Shown here: positions 9,936-18,322 of the stretch, one piece after another
How the letters are laid out: every line of letters begins with the position of its first letter
How positions within the stretch are numbered: position 1 is the stretch's first letter
Origin: an uncultured delta proteobacterium
Lineage (GTDB): Bacteria > Desulfobacterota > Desulfobacteria > Desulfobacterales > JAFDCJ01
Direction: 5' to 3'
Assembly (NCBI GenBank): GCA_963769935.1
Contig: CAVYNY010000014.1
Span: 84,392-148,391, forward strand
DNA: 64,000 nt
Translations under genes and position numbers: made by a program
Notes under the pieces: model-generated
Seen by the model: the letters and a program-made list of their open reading frames with translations, nothing else
What the model was told of the DNA's origin: nothing
The model's database searches: none

Positions 9936-11492
9936 ATGTTTAAGGAAAGCAAGATCAGCCAGCGTTTGCGAAAACTGGAAAATCATCTGAAACAGGAAAA
10001 TCCGATTCTCTCTGATGTGGTACAGAACTTTCGTGAGCTGGACCGCATCAGCCGTCGACTCGGGTTCTTTAATCGGGAAGAGTCTCATGCAACCCGCACT
10101 CCCTGGTGGCCGCTGATTTCGATACTGGGAATTTATTCAGCGGGAAAATCCAGCTTTATCAACCATTTTCTGCAGTACAATCTGCAGGCGGTCGGCATTC
10201 AGGCGGTCGATGACAAGTTTAGCGTTATTTGTTTTACCAGGGATAAAAAAGAAAGGATCCTGCCGGGTTTGGCGCTGGATGCCGATCCGCGCTTTCCGTT
10301 ATACAAGATCAGCCAGGCAATTGAAGAAGTGGCCAAGGGTAAGGGTGAGCATATTGATGCCTATTTGCAGTTGAAAACCTGTCCCAGTGAAAAGCTGCGC
10401 GGCAAAATCCTCATTGATTCTCCGGGGTTTGATGCCGATGACCAACGAACCTCGACTTTGCGGATCACGGACCATATCATAAATCTGTCGGACCTGGTCC
10501 TGGTTTTTTTCGATGCCCGCCACCCGGAAACCGGATCCATGCGTGATACGCTGGAGCATCTGGTCAAGTCAACGGTAAGCAGACGGGATTCCAACAAATT
10601 TTTATACATTCTCAATCAGATCGATGTGGCCGCCAACGAGGATAATCTGGAAGAAGTCTTTGCCGCCTGGCAGCGGGCTTTGGCCCAGTACGGTTTAACC
10701 GCCGGTTCATCCTACGCCATCTACAATGAAGATGCTGCTGTTTCCTTTGACAACGCCGAGGTTAGGGCCCGCTTCGAAAGTAAACGTGAAGCCGACTACG
10801 GAGCGATCGAGAGCCGCATCGAACAGGTGGGCGTGGAACGCGCCTACCGGATTGTGGGTATGCTGGAACAAACCGGTCGGATGTTGAAACAGGATGTCGT
10901 CGGCCGTCTGCAACGATTTAAGGAAGCATGGCGGCGCAAAGTTCTGTGGCTGGACGGTGCGCTTTTGGCCGGTGTGTTGACAGCCTTTTTCACGCTGACC
11001 ATCTGGGGCGGTTACTGGAAGGGGGCCTCACTGTCGCTGCCTTTCTGGAATCTGGTGACGCTGAACGCCTATACCTCTTATGGTGCGATTGCCATATTTT
11101 TGGCGATCGCCGGTTACGTGCACTTCAGCATACGGGGATGGGCGGCAAATAAGATCAGCGCCAAACTGCTGGCTGAAGTGAATGATTCCGACCTGCATTC
11201 GAATTACCAGAGCGCCTTTCGTAAAAGCGCCAGATGGTGGCGCAGTATATTCTGGCCCAATCCGGCAGGCTGGGGACGACGCACCGCCGCCCGACTGGAA
11301 CAAGTCCTGGACGACAGCAACGCCTACATCGAGAAGCTGAACGACGAGTACACCAATCCTTCGGGAAAAGACAATGTCGCAATGACAAGCGATCGGGCGC
11401 ACCTGGAGGTATCACAAAAATCAGATTTTACCCAGGTGGAATCCGGCATTCCAGCGCAAAATATCACGAAACCGGTCGCCTCGGAGAATTGA
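9936..11492 (+). CDS. Dynamin/EHD-like GTPase with two TM segments
   Basis: G1 GIYSAGKSSFINHFL, G3 LIDSPG, G4-like LNQID; two hydrophobic helices in the C-terminal third. Confidence 0.85.
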   Translation: MFKESKISQRLRKLENHLKQENPILSDVVQNFRELDRISRRLGFFNREESHATRTPWWPLISILGIYSAGKSSFINHFLQYNLQAVGIQAVDDKFSVICFTRDKKERILPGLALDADPRFPLYKISQAIEEVAKGKGEHIDAYLQLKTCPSEKLRGKILIDSPGFDADDQRTSTLRITDHIINLSDLVLVFFDARHPETGSMRDTLEHLVKSTVSRRDSNKFLYILNQIDVAANEDNLEEVFAAWQRALAQYGLTAGSSYAIYNEDAAVSFDNAEVRARFESKREADYGAIESRIEQVGVERAYRIVGMLEQTGRMLKQDVVGRLQRFKEAWRRKVLWLDGALLAGVLTAFFTLTIWGGYWKGASLSLPFWNLVTLNAYTSYGAIAIFLAIAGYVHFSIRGWAANKISAKLLAEVNDSDLHSNYQSAFRKSARWWRSIFWPNPAGWGRRTAARLEQVLDDSNAYIEKLNDEYTNPSGKDNVAMTSDRAHLEVSQKSDFTQVESGIPAQNITKPVASEN

Positions 11493-11996
11493 TTGGCAAA
11501 AAATATCAAAAAGATTGTCATCCCTAAGGCGGAGGCCGTATTCTGGCTCGATAAAAACGGCTGCTGGCACAATGAAAACGGCCGGTTTGAACACAAAAAA
11601 ATCATCCAATACTTCCACTCCTGCATCAAACGGGACCGGCAAGGTTATTACCTATATCAGGCAAATGCGAACTATGCCGAAAAAGTTTATTTCACGTATG
11701 AAGATCAAGCCCTGTTTGTATTCGATGTGATCCGGCAAAGCGACGTGATTTTGGTTTTGAACACCGGCCGTCAAATCAAGCTGAGACCGCAAAAACTTTT
11801 CATAAATAATGATTGCCTATACATGCACCTGGACTGTGAGACAATTAAGTTCGCCGAAGGGGGGCTGTTCAAGATAGCGCAGCTTATGGAAGAAAAAAAC
11901 GACCGGCTTTATATCCGCGTCAAAAATAGACGCTACAAAATCCCCACACAGGATGAATCAGCGGGCAACCGGAATCCTGTTCGTAGGGGCGGATGA
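11493..11996 (+). CDS. Conserved hypothetical protein (DUF1285-like)
   Basis: TTG start directly after the dynamin stop; FWLDKNGCWHNENGRFEHKKI...EKVYFTYED pattern. Confidence 0.65.
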   Translation: MAKNIKKIVIPKAEAVFWLDKNGCWHNENGRFEHKKIIQYFHSCIKRDRQGYYLYQANANYAEKVYFTYEDQALFVFDVIRQSDVILVLNTGRQIKLRPQKLFINNDCLYMHLDCETIKFAEGGLFKIAQLMEEKNDRLYIRVKNRRYKIPTQDESAGNRNPVRRGG

Positions 11997-12301
11997 AGGA
12001 AAAGACCACAATTTTAGGGGTTCGGTTGATGAAGTACTTCGTTTATTTTGATGCTTACGGTCATGCCGCCAAGATCATCAGCGAGCAGGAGCTGGCCGAA
12101 AAATTTGACAATGCGCCCGGTAAATTTTTAGCTGCCATGGGCCGGGGACGATCGGCGGCGTCCGGCGGCCATACAACCGGTCATGTGGGGACCCTCTGCT
12201 TTGATTCACAAAAAGAGTTGCGGGACTACCTGGAGGATCTCGGCGACGAAATAGCCGGATTCTATAGTGGCCGGTCCGAATGCCGGCCGTATAACTTTTG
12301 A
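11993..12301 (+). CDS. Hypothetical protein
   Basis: ATGA overlap with the upstream gene and 3 nt gap to the downstream gene; alternative start at 12029. Confidence 0.65.
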   Translation: MKEKTTILGVRLMKYFVYFDAYGHAAKIISEQELAEKFDNAPGKFLAAMGRGRSAASGGHTTGHVGTLCFDSQKELRDYLEDLGDEIAGFYSGRSECRPYNF

Positions 12302-12304
12302 GCC

Positions 12305-13630
12305 ATGAAAAAACAACAGTTGGAAAAAATGGAATCCCTGTTTCACCTTATCCAGCATAAGTGGCAGGAAATCGACCCGCTCGAACTGATAATATACCAG
12401 CTGGCGCGGGGCAACACCTTTAATATGCGGGTCGCGGGTCTGGAAAACGTCAAGCGCTTAAAAGAAGAAAATCCGGACTGTGCCATAACCTTCAAACCGA
12501 ATCACCTCAGCGAGGCCGATTTTATTTTACTGTCCATATTATTCCGGGAGCATAAAATGCGGGTGCTCGTTGAGGGCGGCGCCAATCTATTTATCGAAGA
12601 TATCGATATTTTTGCCGATGTGCTGCCAAGGTTTGTGAAGAAGGAATTCGAAGACTTCGTGCAAGATAAACGGATGAGCATCGCGCAGTATCTCACCACC
12701 AGAGGGGCGTTTAAGGTGTTCCGCGAACCGTTGAGCATCAAACAGCCCGACGGCAGCGAAATAACGCTCGGCAGAAAAGATATTATTTCCTTAACCCGTG
12801 CCTATCGCTACCATCTGGTCAGGGAAAAGGAGATGTTTGTTACCTTTCCCGGCTACTCCAGTATAAAATTGGGCCTGCTGGACCTGTTGAAAAAAGACGG
12901 CACTAAGACCGGACGCAGCTACACCGGAAAAATCGACGGTTTCCACCATCTTCCGTTTCAAATGGATATCGAGGCTTCCCTGGACACCGGAATCGATGTC
13001 TATGTCATTCCGGTCAACATCGCCTATGAGCGGGTTTTAGAAGATGAGCACTTTGCCAAACTCACTCAGCTTTACGAATCCGGCGCGAACAAAAAAGAGA
13101 TTTATATAAATGACCTGGGCTATATTGTTAAGGAATTTTACGGTGATAAAAACAAGGGCGATCTATCCATAAAATTCGGCGAACCTCGCAAAATAAATAC
13201 GCCGGATTTAAAAGAGGGCTTCGTCGGCCGAAAAATAAAAAGTGCTGCTTATAAGCATGCGGAAGAATCATTCGAGCAGGTGATGGCGATGCAGCCTGTG
13301 TTCCCGGCCAATATATATTTTACTGCTTTCGCCGAGAACTTCAACCGCATGCCGGTGCGGGTTATGAAAAACCGAATCGATGATATCAGAGATTATTTAG
13401 GAACGCTGGTATGGGGGAAGGCCAAACGCCGGGTGGATTTGAATTATGTGCTGGACTACGACCACCACATCATGTCGGCCGATGAGATTATCAACCGCAC
13501 ATTTCAGCTTTTCAGGGGACCGGACAGACATATCACCGACATCGACGGCGGCATGTTCGTTGTCTATAATAAAGAAGTTGCGCAACAATACAAAAATCAC
13601 ACGGCGCATTTCTTTGAGAGCATGCCGTAG
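12305..13630 (+). CDS. Glycerolipid acyltransferase (PlsB/PlsC superfamily)
   Basis: HxxxxD block I (NHLSEAD), GAFKVFR block II, FPGY...TGRS block III-like, IPVNIAYERVLE block IV. Confidence 0.75.
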   Translation: MKKQQLEKMESLFHLIQHKWQEIDPLELIIYQLARGNTFNMRVAGLENVKRLKEENPDCAITFKPNHLSEADFILLSILFREHKMRVLVEGGANLFIEDIDIFADVLPRFVKKEFEDFVQDKRMSIAQYLTTRGAFKVFREPLSIKQPDGSEITLGRKDIISLTRAYRYHLVREKEMFVTFPGYSSIKLGLLDLLKKDGTKTGRSYTGKIDGFHHLPFQMDIEASLDTGIDVYVIPVNIAYERVLEDEHFAKLTQLYESGANKKEIYINDLGYIVKEFYGDKNKGDLSIKFGEPRKINTPDLKEGFVGRKIKSAAYKHAEESFEQVMAMQPVFPANIYFTAFAENFNRMPVRVMKNRIDDIRDYLGTLVWGKAKRRVDLNYVLDYDHHIMSADEIINRTFQLFRGPDRHITDIDGGMFVVYNKEVAQQYKNHTAHFFESMP

Positions 13631-13848
13631 CCATTGTAGTTCACATCCCGCAATCTTGATGGAGTTCGACTTTAGCCTGCTCCAGCTCTTCAATTATTTC
13701 TTTCAGCCGAAATTCCCGGGCCTCGGAACCCTGAACGTTGAACCCGCCAAACTTATTGACTCAAAAAGAAGATTTATGATACTCGAATGACCATGAGACA
13801 TTCCCATTTTTGATACTTTCGCATGAGCCCTGGTGGAGGCGCATCACG

Positions 13849-14775
13849 ATGACCAAACAGTTGGGCCTGTTCCCGGACAGCCCTTTAAATCCAGCGAACA
13901 GCTTGCTGGATGATAAAATTGCCGCCCTTGAGACCGTGCGGAACCCCGTTGATGAAATATTTGCGGCCGGCGCCCGTTTCAGAAACAGTCGAAATTTAAT
14001 TGAACTGCTGGGCTTTATAGCCCGCTTTCCGAATTACTCGCCGTTTAACGGCTTGCTGCTCTATATCCAGAACCCATCTGCCACCTTTGTTGCCACCGCT
14101 CGCCATTGGCTGCATAAATTCAGAAGACAACCCAAATATGATGCCCGCCCCATGCTGATCCTGGCACCTGGGGGCCCCATCCTTTTCGTTTTCGACATCC
14201 AAGACACGGAAGGGGCGCCGGTTCCTGCCACTCTGCTCAAGTCATGGGCGGCCGGCAATCAAATGCCCGCCAAAGTTTATTCGAATACGCAGTATAACTG
14301 CGCATCACATGGGATTGCCGTTTGTGAAACGACTGCCCAAAAGGCGGCGACCGACACGGCCAGCCGAATTACCCCGGCCCTGCGCAAACAATTCAAGAAT
14401 TTGGACCTTCAAAAAGATACCAGCTATTTAATTCTCATTGACCAGTCACAGTCCTTGGAAGATAAGTATGCTTCCCTCGTCCATGAACTGGGACACATCT
14501 TTTGCGGCCATCTTGGAATCGACCGCCATGCCTGGTGGCCGGAACGAGAAAACGCAAATCTCACCGGCGAAGAGATAGAAGCTGACGCAACTGCGTATTT
14601 GGTCTGCAGGCGTTCAGGCTTGGAGGCAAGGTCGGCCAAATACCTTGCGCGCTATATCGAAAAAGATCAGCAGTTGCCCGTATTCAGCCTGAATGCCGTG
14701 TTGCAGGCAGCAGCCCATGCGGCAGAAATGGGCAAATTCCGCTGGAAGGAGCCCCGCAAGCGGCGGCGGCGCTAG
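13849..14775 (+). CDS. ArdC-like N-domain + ImmA/IrrE/SprT-like HExxH metalloprotease
   Basis: YSPFNGLLLYIQNPSATFVAT...W...R and VFDIQDTEG (ArdC-N-like); LVHELGH and EIEADATAYLV; GGAGG RBS before ATG 13849. Confidence 0.8.
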   Translation: MTKQLGLFPDSPLNPANSLLDDKIAALETVRNPVDEIFAAGARFRNSRNLIELLGFIARFPNYSPFNGLLLYIQNPSATFVATARHWLHKFRRQPKYDARPMLILAPGGPILFVFDIQDTEGAPVPATLLKSWAAGNQMPAKVYSNTQYNCASHGIAVCETTAQKAATDTASRITPALRKQFKNLDLQKDTSYLILIDQSQSLEDKYASLVHELGHIFCGHLGIDRHAWWPERENANLTGEEIEADATAYLVCRRSGLEARSAKYLARYIEKDQQLPVFSLNAVLQAAAHAAEMGKFRWKEPRKRRRR

Positions 14776-15018
14776 AACCCAGGCCGGGAGCAACAGATCC
14801 TTTCGGTCGGTACCATCCTATCACCTCATAACCGGGCGCTGCATCCGACCTTCAGCCTGCCGGCTTTACTTTTGCTTGGCGGCCTGTTTTTGTGCTTTCA
14901 GTTTTGTGAAATGTTATTCCCAAAATCTGGGTAATTTTTTTCATAGATAGCTGTTTTAAAGGGGCGGCATAATATTTAACTAACTGATATTACATTATAT
15001 ACATTCCAACCCGAAAGT

Positions 15019-15034
15019 TAGCACGGTTTTTGCT
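15019..15034 (+). promoter_or_regulatory. Possible variant sigma54 promoter
   Basis: TAGCACGGTTTTTGCT has AG instead of GG at -24 and is otherwise consensus; AT-rich upstream. Confidence 0.4.
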
Positions 15035-15113
15035 TCATCGGATTTACGAAGATTAAATATAAGGCATTTTATTTATCGCCTTAAAATATCAGTTTATATC
15101 ACGGGGGTGCAGC

Positions 15114-15329
15114 TTGTCGGATTTTCATGAAATGGCAACCAATTTTGAAATGAAAGAATATCGATCCCTGCCTATGGGAAACCCTGCTTACATCTTTGAC
15201 AATGGCGGACGTCGGTTGGGGATTGAACGGCGGCAGTTCGCCTATTCACACTGTTATCCTGAGAGAAGGGCCGGCCGCGATCGCCGAACCCTCCCGGAAA
15301 GAAGAGTCGAACCCAAGCAAGGCGATTGA
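15114..15329 (+). CDS. Small Arg-rich hypothetical protein with (E/D)RR repeats; start uncertain
   Basis: DNGGRRLGIERRQFAYSHCYPERRAGRDRRTLPERR; lies downstream of a sigma54-like site. Confidence 0.55.
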   Translation: MSDFHEMATNFEMKEYRSLPMGNPAYIFDNGGRRLGIERRQFAYSHCYPERRAGRDRRTLPERRVEPKQGD

Positions 15330-15507
15330 CCGCCGAATTATCCGGTCCCGGCCTGAATGCTTTTATATTTCCTCTCCTTAATTTGATTACCCATTGCCTA
15401 TTGCTTTTAGGATCGTTTCTGCCTTATAATTACCGATCTTCATTGGCGCGTGCAGGCAGCCTTGGCAAGTGGAAGGTGTTTTAAAAGAGGGGAGGTACAT
15501 AGCCCAA

Positions 15508-16710
15508 ATGGATAGATCGGCCAAAATAATCGTTGCCCTGTTGGTGATTGCCGTAGTGGGATTTTTTATTTACAGCAAGTTTGCCGGCTGGCACAAAAAT
15601 GAGATGGAAACTGCAGTCACCCGGGAACAGGAAGCGTGGCAGGAAAAAACGGACCAATTGGAGCAAAAAGTCAACAGCCTTCAAAAAGAGCTGGCAGTAG
15701 TCAAGGGCCAGAAGGTTCCAACGCAAAAATTGGCAGCGGTGTTCGGCGACAACCAAAAATCGCCTGAAACCCAGGATGAAGAAAAAAAGTTGGCCGAAGT
15801 GGAGCAGGAGGTAAAAAAATTAGGCCGGGTTGTCAAAGATGAAAAAGAATTAGCCGCCTTGTTGGGCAACGAAAAAAAACTGGCCGAAGCCCTGGGGGAT
15901 GATAAAAGATTAATCGAGGTAATGCGGGAAGGCGGTACACTAGCCAAGGTATTGCGGGATGAAAAAAATCTGACTGCAATCGTACGGGATGAAAAAAAGC
16001 TGGCCGAAATATTGGCTGAAGAAAATGAGGCGGAAGTCAAAAATGAGGCGATCGTCAGAAAAAAGATATCGGGTGCCGGAGCTCACCCGGACTTGGCTGA
16101 TATTGAACGCCACATCAGGGCGTTTTTCGCCTATCTGGATGAGCAACCCTATGTTCAGGCATACGGCCTGGAAGGGGGAACCTACCTTCAGTATCAAATT
16201 GCGATCAACAAGTTGTCGTCAAATCTGCCGACGGTCGCCGGGGAAATGCAATCGCTGTATACCCTGGTCCGCAACGTGGCCCACCTTTATCGGGTAATAG
16301 GTAAAAAGCCGATTTATCTTACCAGAGAGATTCTGCAAAACGAGTCCGAAGTAATTGAACCGGTCATGCAAACCTTTTACATGTGGTATACCCTGGACGA
16401 AGCCGGCAAGTCCGCTCTGGGAGGACGTCCATCACCGGCAACCATGTATGAATATGCCGGCTTTTTATTAAATACACTTGGCGGCAGGAGTTATCTGTTA
16501 AGAAGGAGTCCCAAGGTCCGAGCATTAACCACCTACTACTGTGTTCTGGCCCTGGACCGCGCCAATGATGAAGAACTCAATTCAAAAGGCATTGATATCC
16601 GACCCTATATAAAATCTTCAATGATGGAAATTAAAAATCAAATCGGCCTTATCTATCAAAAAGAGTATATTACAAAACTCAGTGAATTAAGCCTGAAGTA
16701 CTCCCCATAA
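15508..16710 (+). CDS. Membrane-anchored coiled-coil protein with 10-aa tandem repeats
   Basis: N-terminal TM, coiled coil, eight EKKLAxxLxD-type repeats, then a globular C-terminal domain; GGAGG RBS. Confidence 0.75.
   Translation: MDRSAKIIVALLVIAVVGFFIYSKFAGWHKNEMETAVTREQEAWQEKTDQLEQKVNSLQKELAVVKGQKVPTQKLAAVFGDNQKSPETQDEEKKLAEVEQEVKKLGRVVKDEKELAALLGNEKKLAEALGDDKRLIEVMREGGTLAKVLRDEKNLTAIVRDEKKLAEILAEENEAEVKNEAIVRKKISGAGAHPDLADIERHIRAFFAYLDEQPYVQAYGLEGGTYLQYQIAINKLSSNLPTVAGEMQSLYTLVRNVAHLYRVIGKKPIYLTREILQNESEVIEPVMQTFYMWYTLDEAGKSALGGRPSPATMYEYAGFLLNTLGGRSYLLRRSPKVRALTTYYCVLALDRANDEELNSKGIDIRPYIKSSMMEIKNQIGLIYQKEYITKLSELSLKYSP
15781..16020 (+). repeat. Intragenic degenerate 30-nt tandem repeat (8 units)
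   Basis: Units such as gaaaaaaagttggccgaagtggagcaggag, gaaaaaaaactggccgaagccctgggggat and gaaaaaaagctggccgaaatattggctgaa, with exact 30-nt period. Confidence 0.8.
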
Positions 16711-16962
16711 GGCATTAAAACCTGCTCGCGGCGCCGGCAATGGACGCCCGGAGGCCCTGGCGACGGGGGATTTGACTTCACCCCGGGGGAGCGGCCTTGG
16801 CCGGCAGATAAATCAAGGAATAATGGAATTGTGGCTTCCGGCCCGGAGAGTCTGCGGATCGGAGAGAAAAATGGATTATTGGGAATCAAAACGGCTGGAT
16901 TGTTGATTCCCCTGGGCGTGCTGCCGGCAGCCGATTTGAAAGACGCCTCATAGGAGATTGGA

Positions 16963-17751
16963 ATGTCCCTCAAGGAACATGAGTACGTAAGACAGACACT
17001 TGAAAGGTACACGAACTGCAAACTGGAGGATTTCTGTGACCATGTGCTGATAACCAATTTCAAACAGTATATTAAACGCTTTCACGAAAAAACCAAGGGC
17101 AAGTATTCCGAAGGTAATTTCGGCATCGTAAATGCTCAGCAGGAAAACTGCACCATGATTGACTTCGGCATCGGCTCACCCCAGGCCGCTCTTATTATCA
17201 ACTGTCTGGCTTATCTTGACAATCTCAAATCCGTCATAATGCTCGGAATGTGCGGCGGGATCGACGACATTCTCGAAGTCGGCAATTTTTTAATTCCCTC
17301 AGCCGCCATCCGCGGTGAAGGCACCAGTCGTCATTATCTGCCGCCTGAGTTTCCCGCCATTCCGGCCTCATCGGTTAATCTGTATTGCATCGGCGCGGTT
17401 CGCAAGGTCGTCGGCCTGACGCCCCGCTGCGGCATTGTTTACACCACCGACCGGCGCCTGTGGGAGTACGACGAAACGTTCGTCAATTACTTGAGGAATC
17501 AGCGGATTCTGGCGATCGAGATGGAATTGGCGACCCTGTTTTCCGTGGCTTACCGCTATGAAGTTCCGATCGGATCGATCATGCTGGTCTCCGATATGCC
17601 CCTGCAGAAAAGAGGCATCAAGGACAAGAAGCTGCACAGCAAAATCTTTTCGTCGTTCATGGACACCCATCTTGAAATTGCAATGGATGCGGTTGCCAAA
17701 ATCCAGGCAAACTGGCGCACGGTCGTGAGCAAGCTGACCAGTGAGTGGTAG
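16963..17751 (+). CDS. amn: AMP nucleosidase (PNP/UDP phosphorylase fold)
   Basis: TLERYT, LITNF, FGIGSPQAA, LGMCGG, AAIRGEGTSRHYLP, TTDRRLWE, IEMELATLF and VSDMPL motifs. Confidence 0.85.
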   Translation: MSLKEHEYVRQTLERYTNCKLEDFCDHVLITNFKQYIKRFHEKTKGKYSEGNFGIVNAQQENCTMIDFGIGSPQAALIINCLAYLDNLKSVIMLGMCGGIDDILEVGNFLIPSAAIRGEGTSRHYLPPEFPAIPASSVNLYCIGAVRKVVGLTPRCGIVYTTDRRLWEYDETFVNYLRNQRILAIEMELATLFSVAYRYEVPIGSIMLVSDMPLQKRGIKDKKLHSKIFSSFMDTHLEIAMDAVAKIQANWRTVVSKLTSEW

Positions 17752-17771
17752 AATCGATGTGTTTGCCGATC

Positions 17772-18152
17772 CTACCGAATTTGCAGCCGGGACATAAGAT
17801 TTTCAAATTCAGACGGCGGAATTTGCTGCCACGGATTTTGGGGTGTAAATTGCAGAACGGATTTGATATCCGGTGCAAACACCTTGCCGCCCTGCAGGAT
17901 AGGTTCTTTCAGCCGATATTTGAATTCTTCGCCAAAATCCAGCAGCAGGTCCAAATTATCGCTGTCATCAAGCAGTTCGACCAGCAGGACATTGCGTACG
18001 CGCCCCCGCCCTTTTAAATACCGCTGCCCCCGCCGGTCGGAGTAAACCTCGACGATGACCTCTTCCAGGCGCACCGCTTGGCGGTCGGCCGCCACCAGCA
18101 AGGCCTGATCCACCAGGTATTGCCCTTCAGCAAATGGTATCCAGTTTTCCAT
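17772..18152 (-). CDS. Hypothetical protein
   Basis: 126-aa ORF with AGGGG RBS, convergent with amn. Confidence 0.65.
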   Translation of the reverse strand: MENWIPFAEGQYLVDQALLVAADRQAVRLEEVIVEVYSDRRGQRYLKGRGRVRNVLLVELLDDSDNLDLLLDFGEEFKYRLKEPILQGGKVFAPDIKSVLQFTPQNPWQQIPPSEFENLMSRLQIR

Positions 18153-18322
18153 ATTTGCATCCCTTTGCAGCCTGAAATTGTTAAATCGCAGAAAATATCA
18201 AGCCTAAGGTAACCGCATTAATACAGAAATCCAATTTTTTTTTTGGGGGGGGGTATGGTGCAATTCGGGGCTTGTGTTTTTTGGGTAAACTATTTTAAAA
18301 AATGGCGAGCAAGAATGCAAAA

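Noticed and set aside
16879..16911. Riboswitch upstream of amn (gggaatcaa...ttgattccc hairpin)
   Set aside because: It is a single 9-bp hairpin with no recognisable purine, ZTP or PRPP aptamer motifs; an Rfam scan would be needed.
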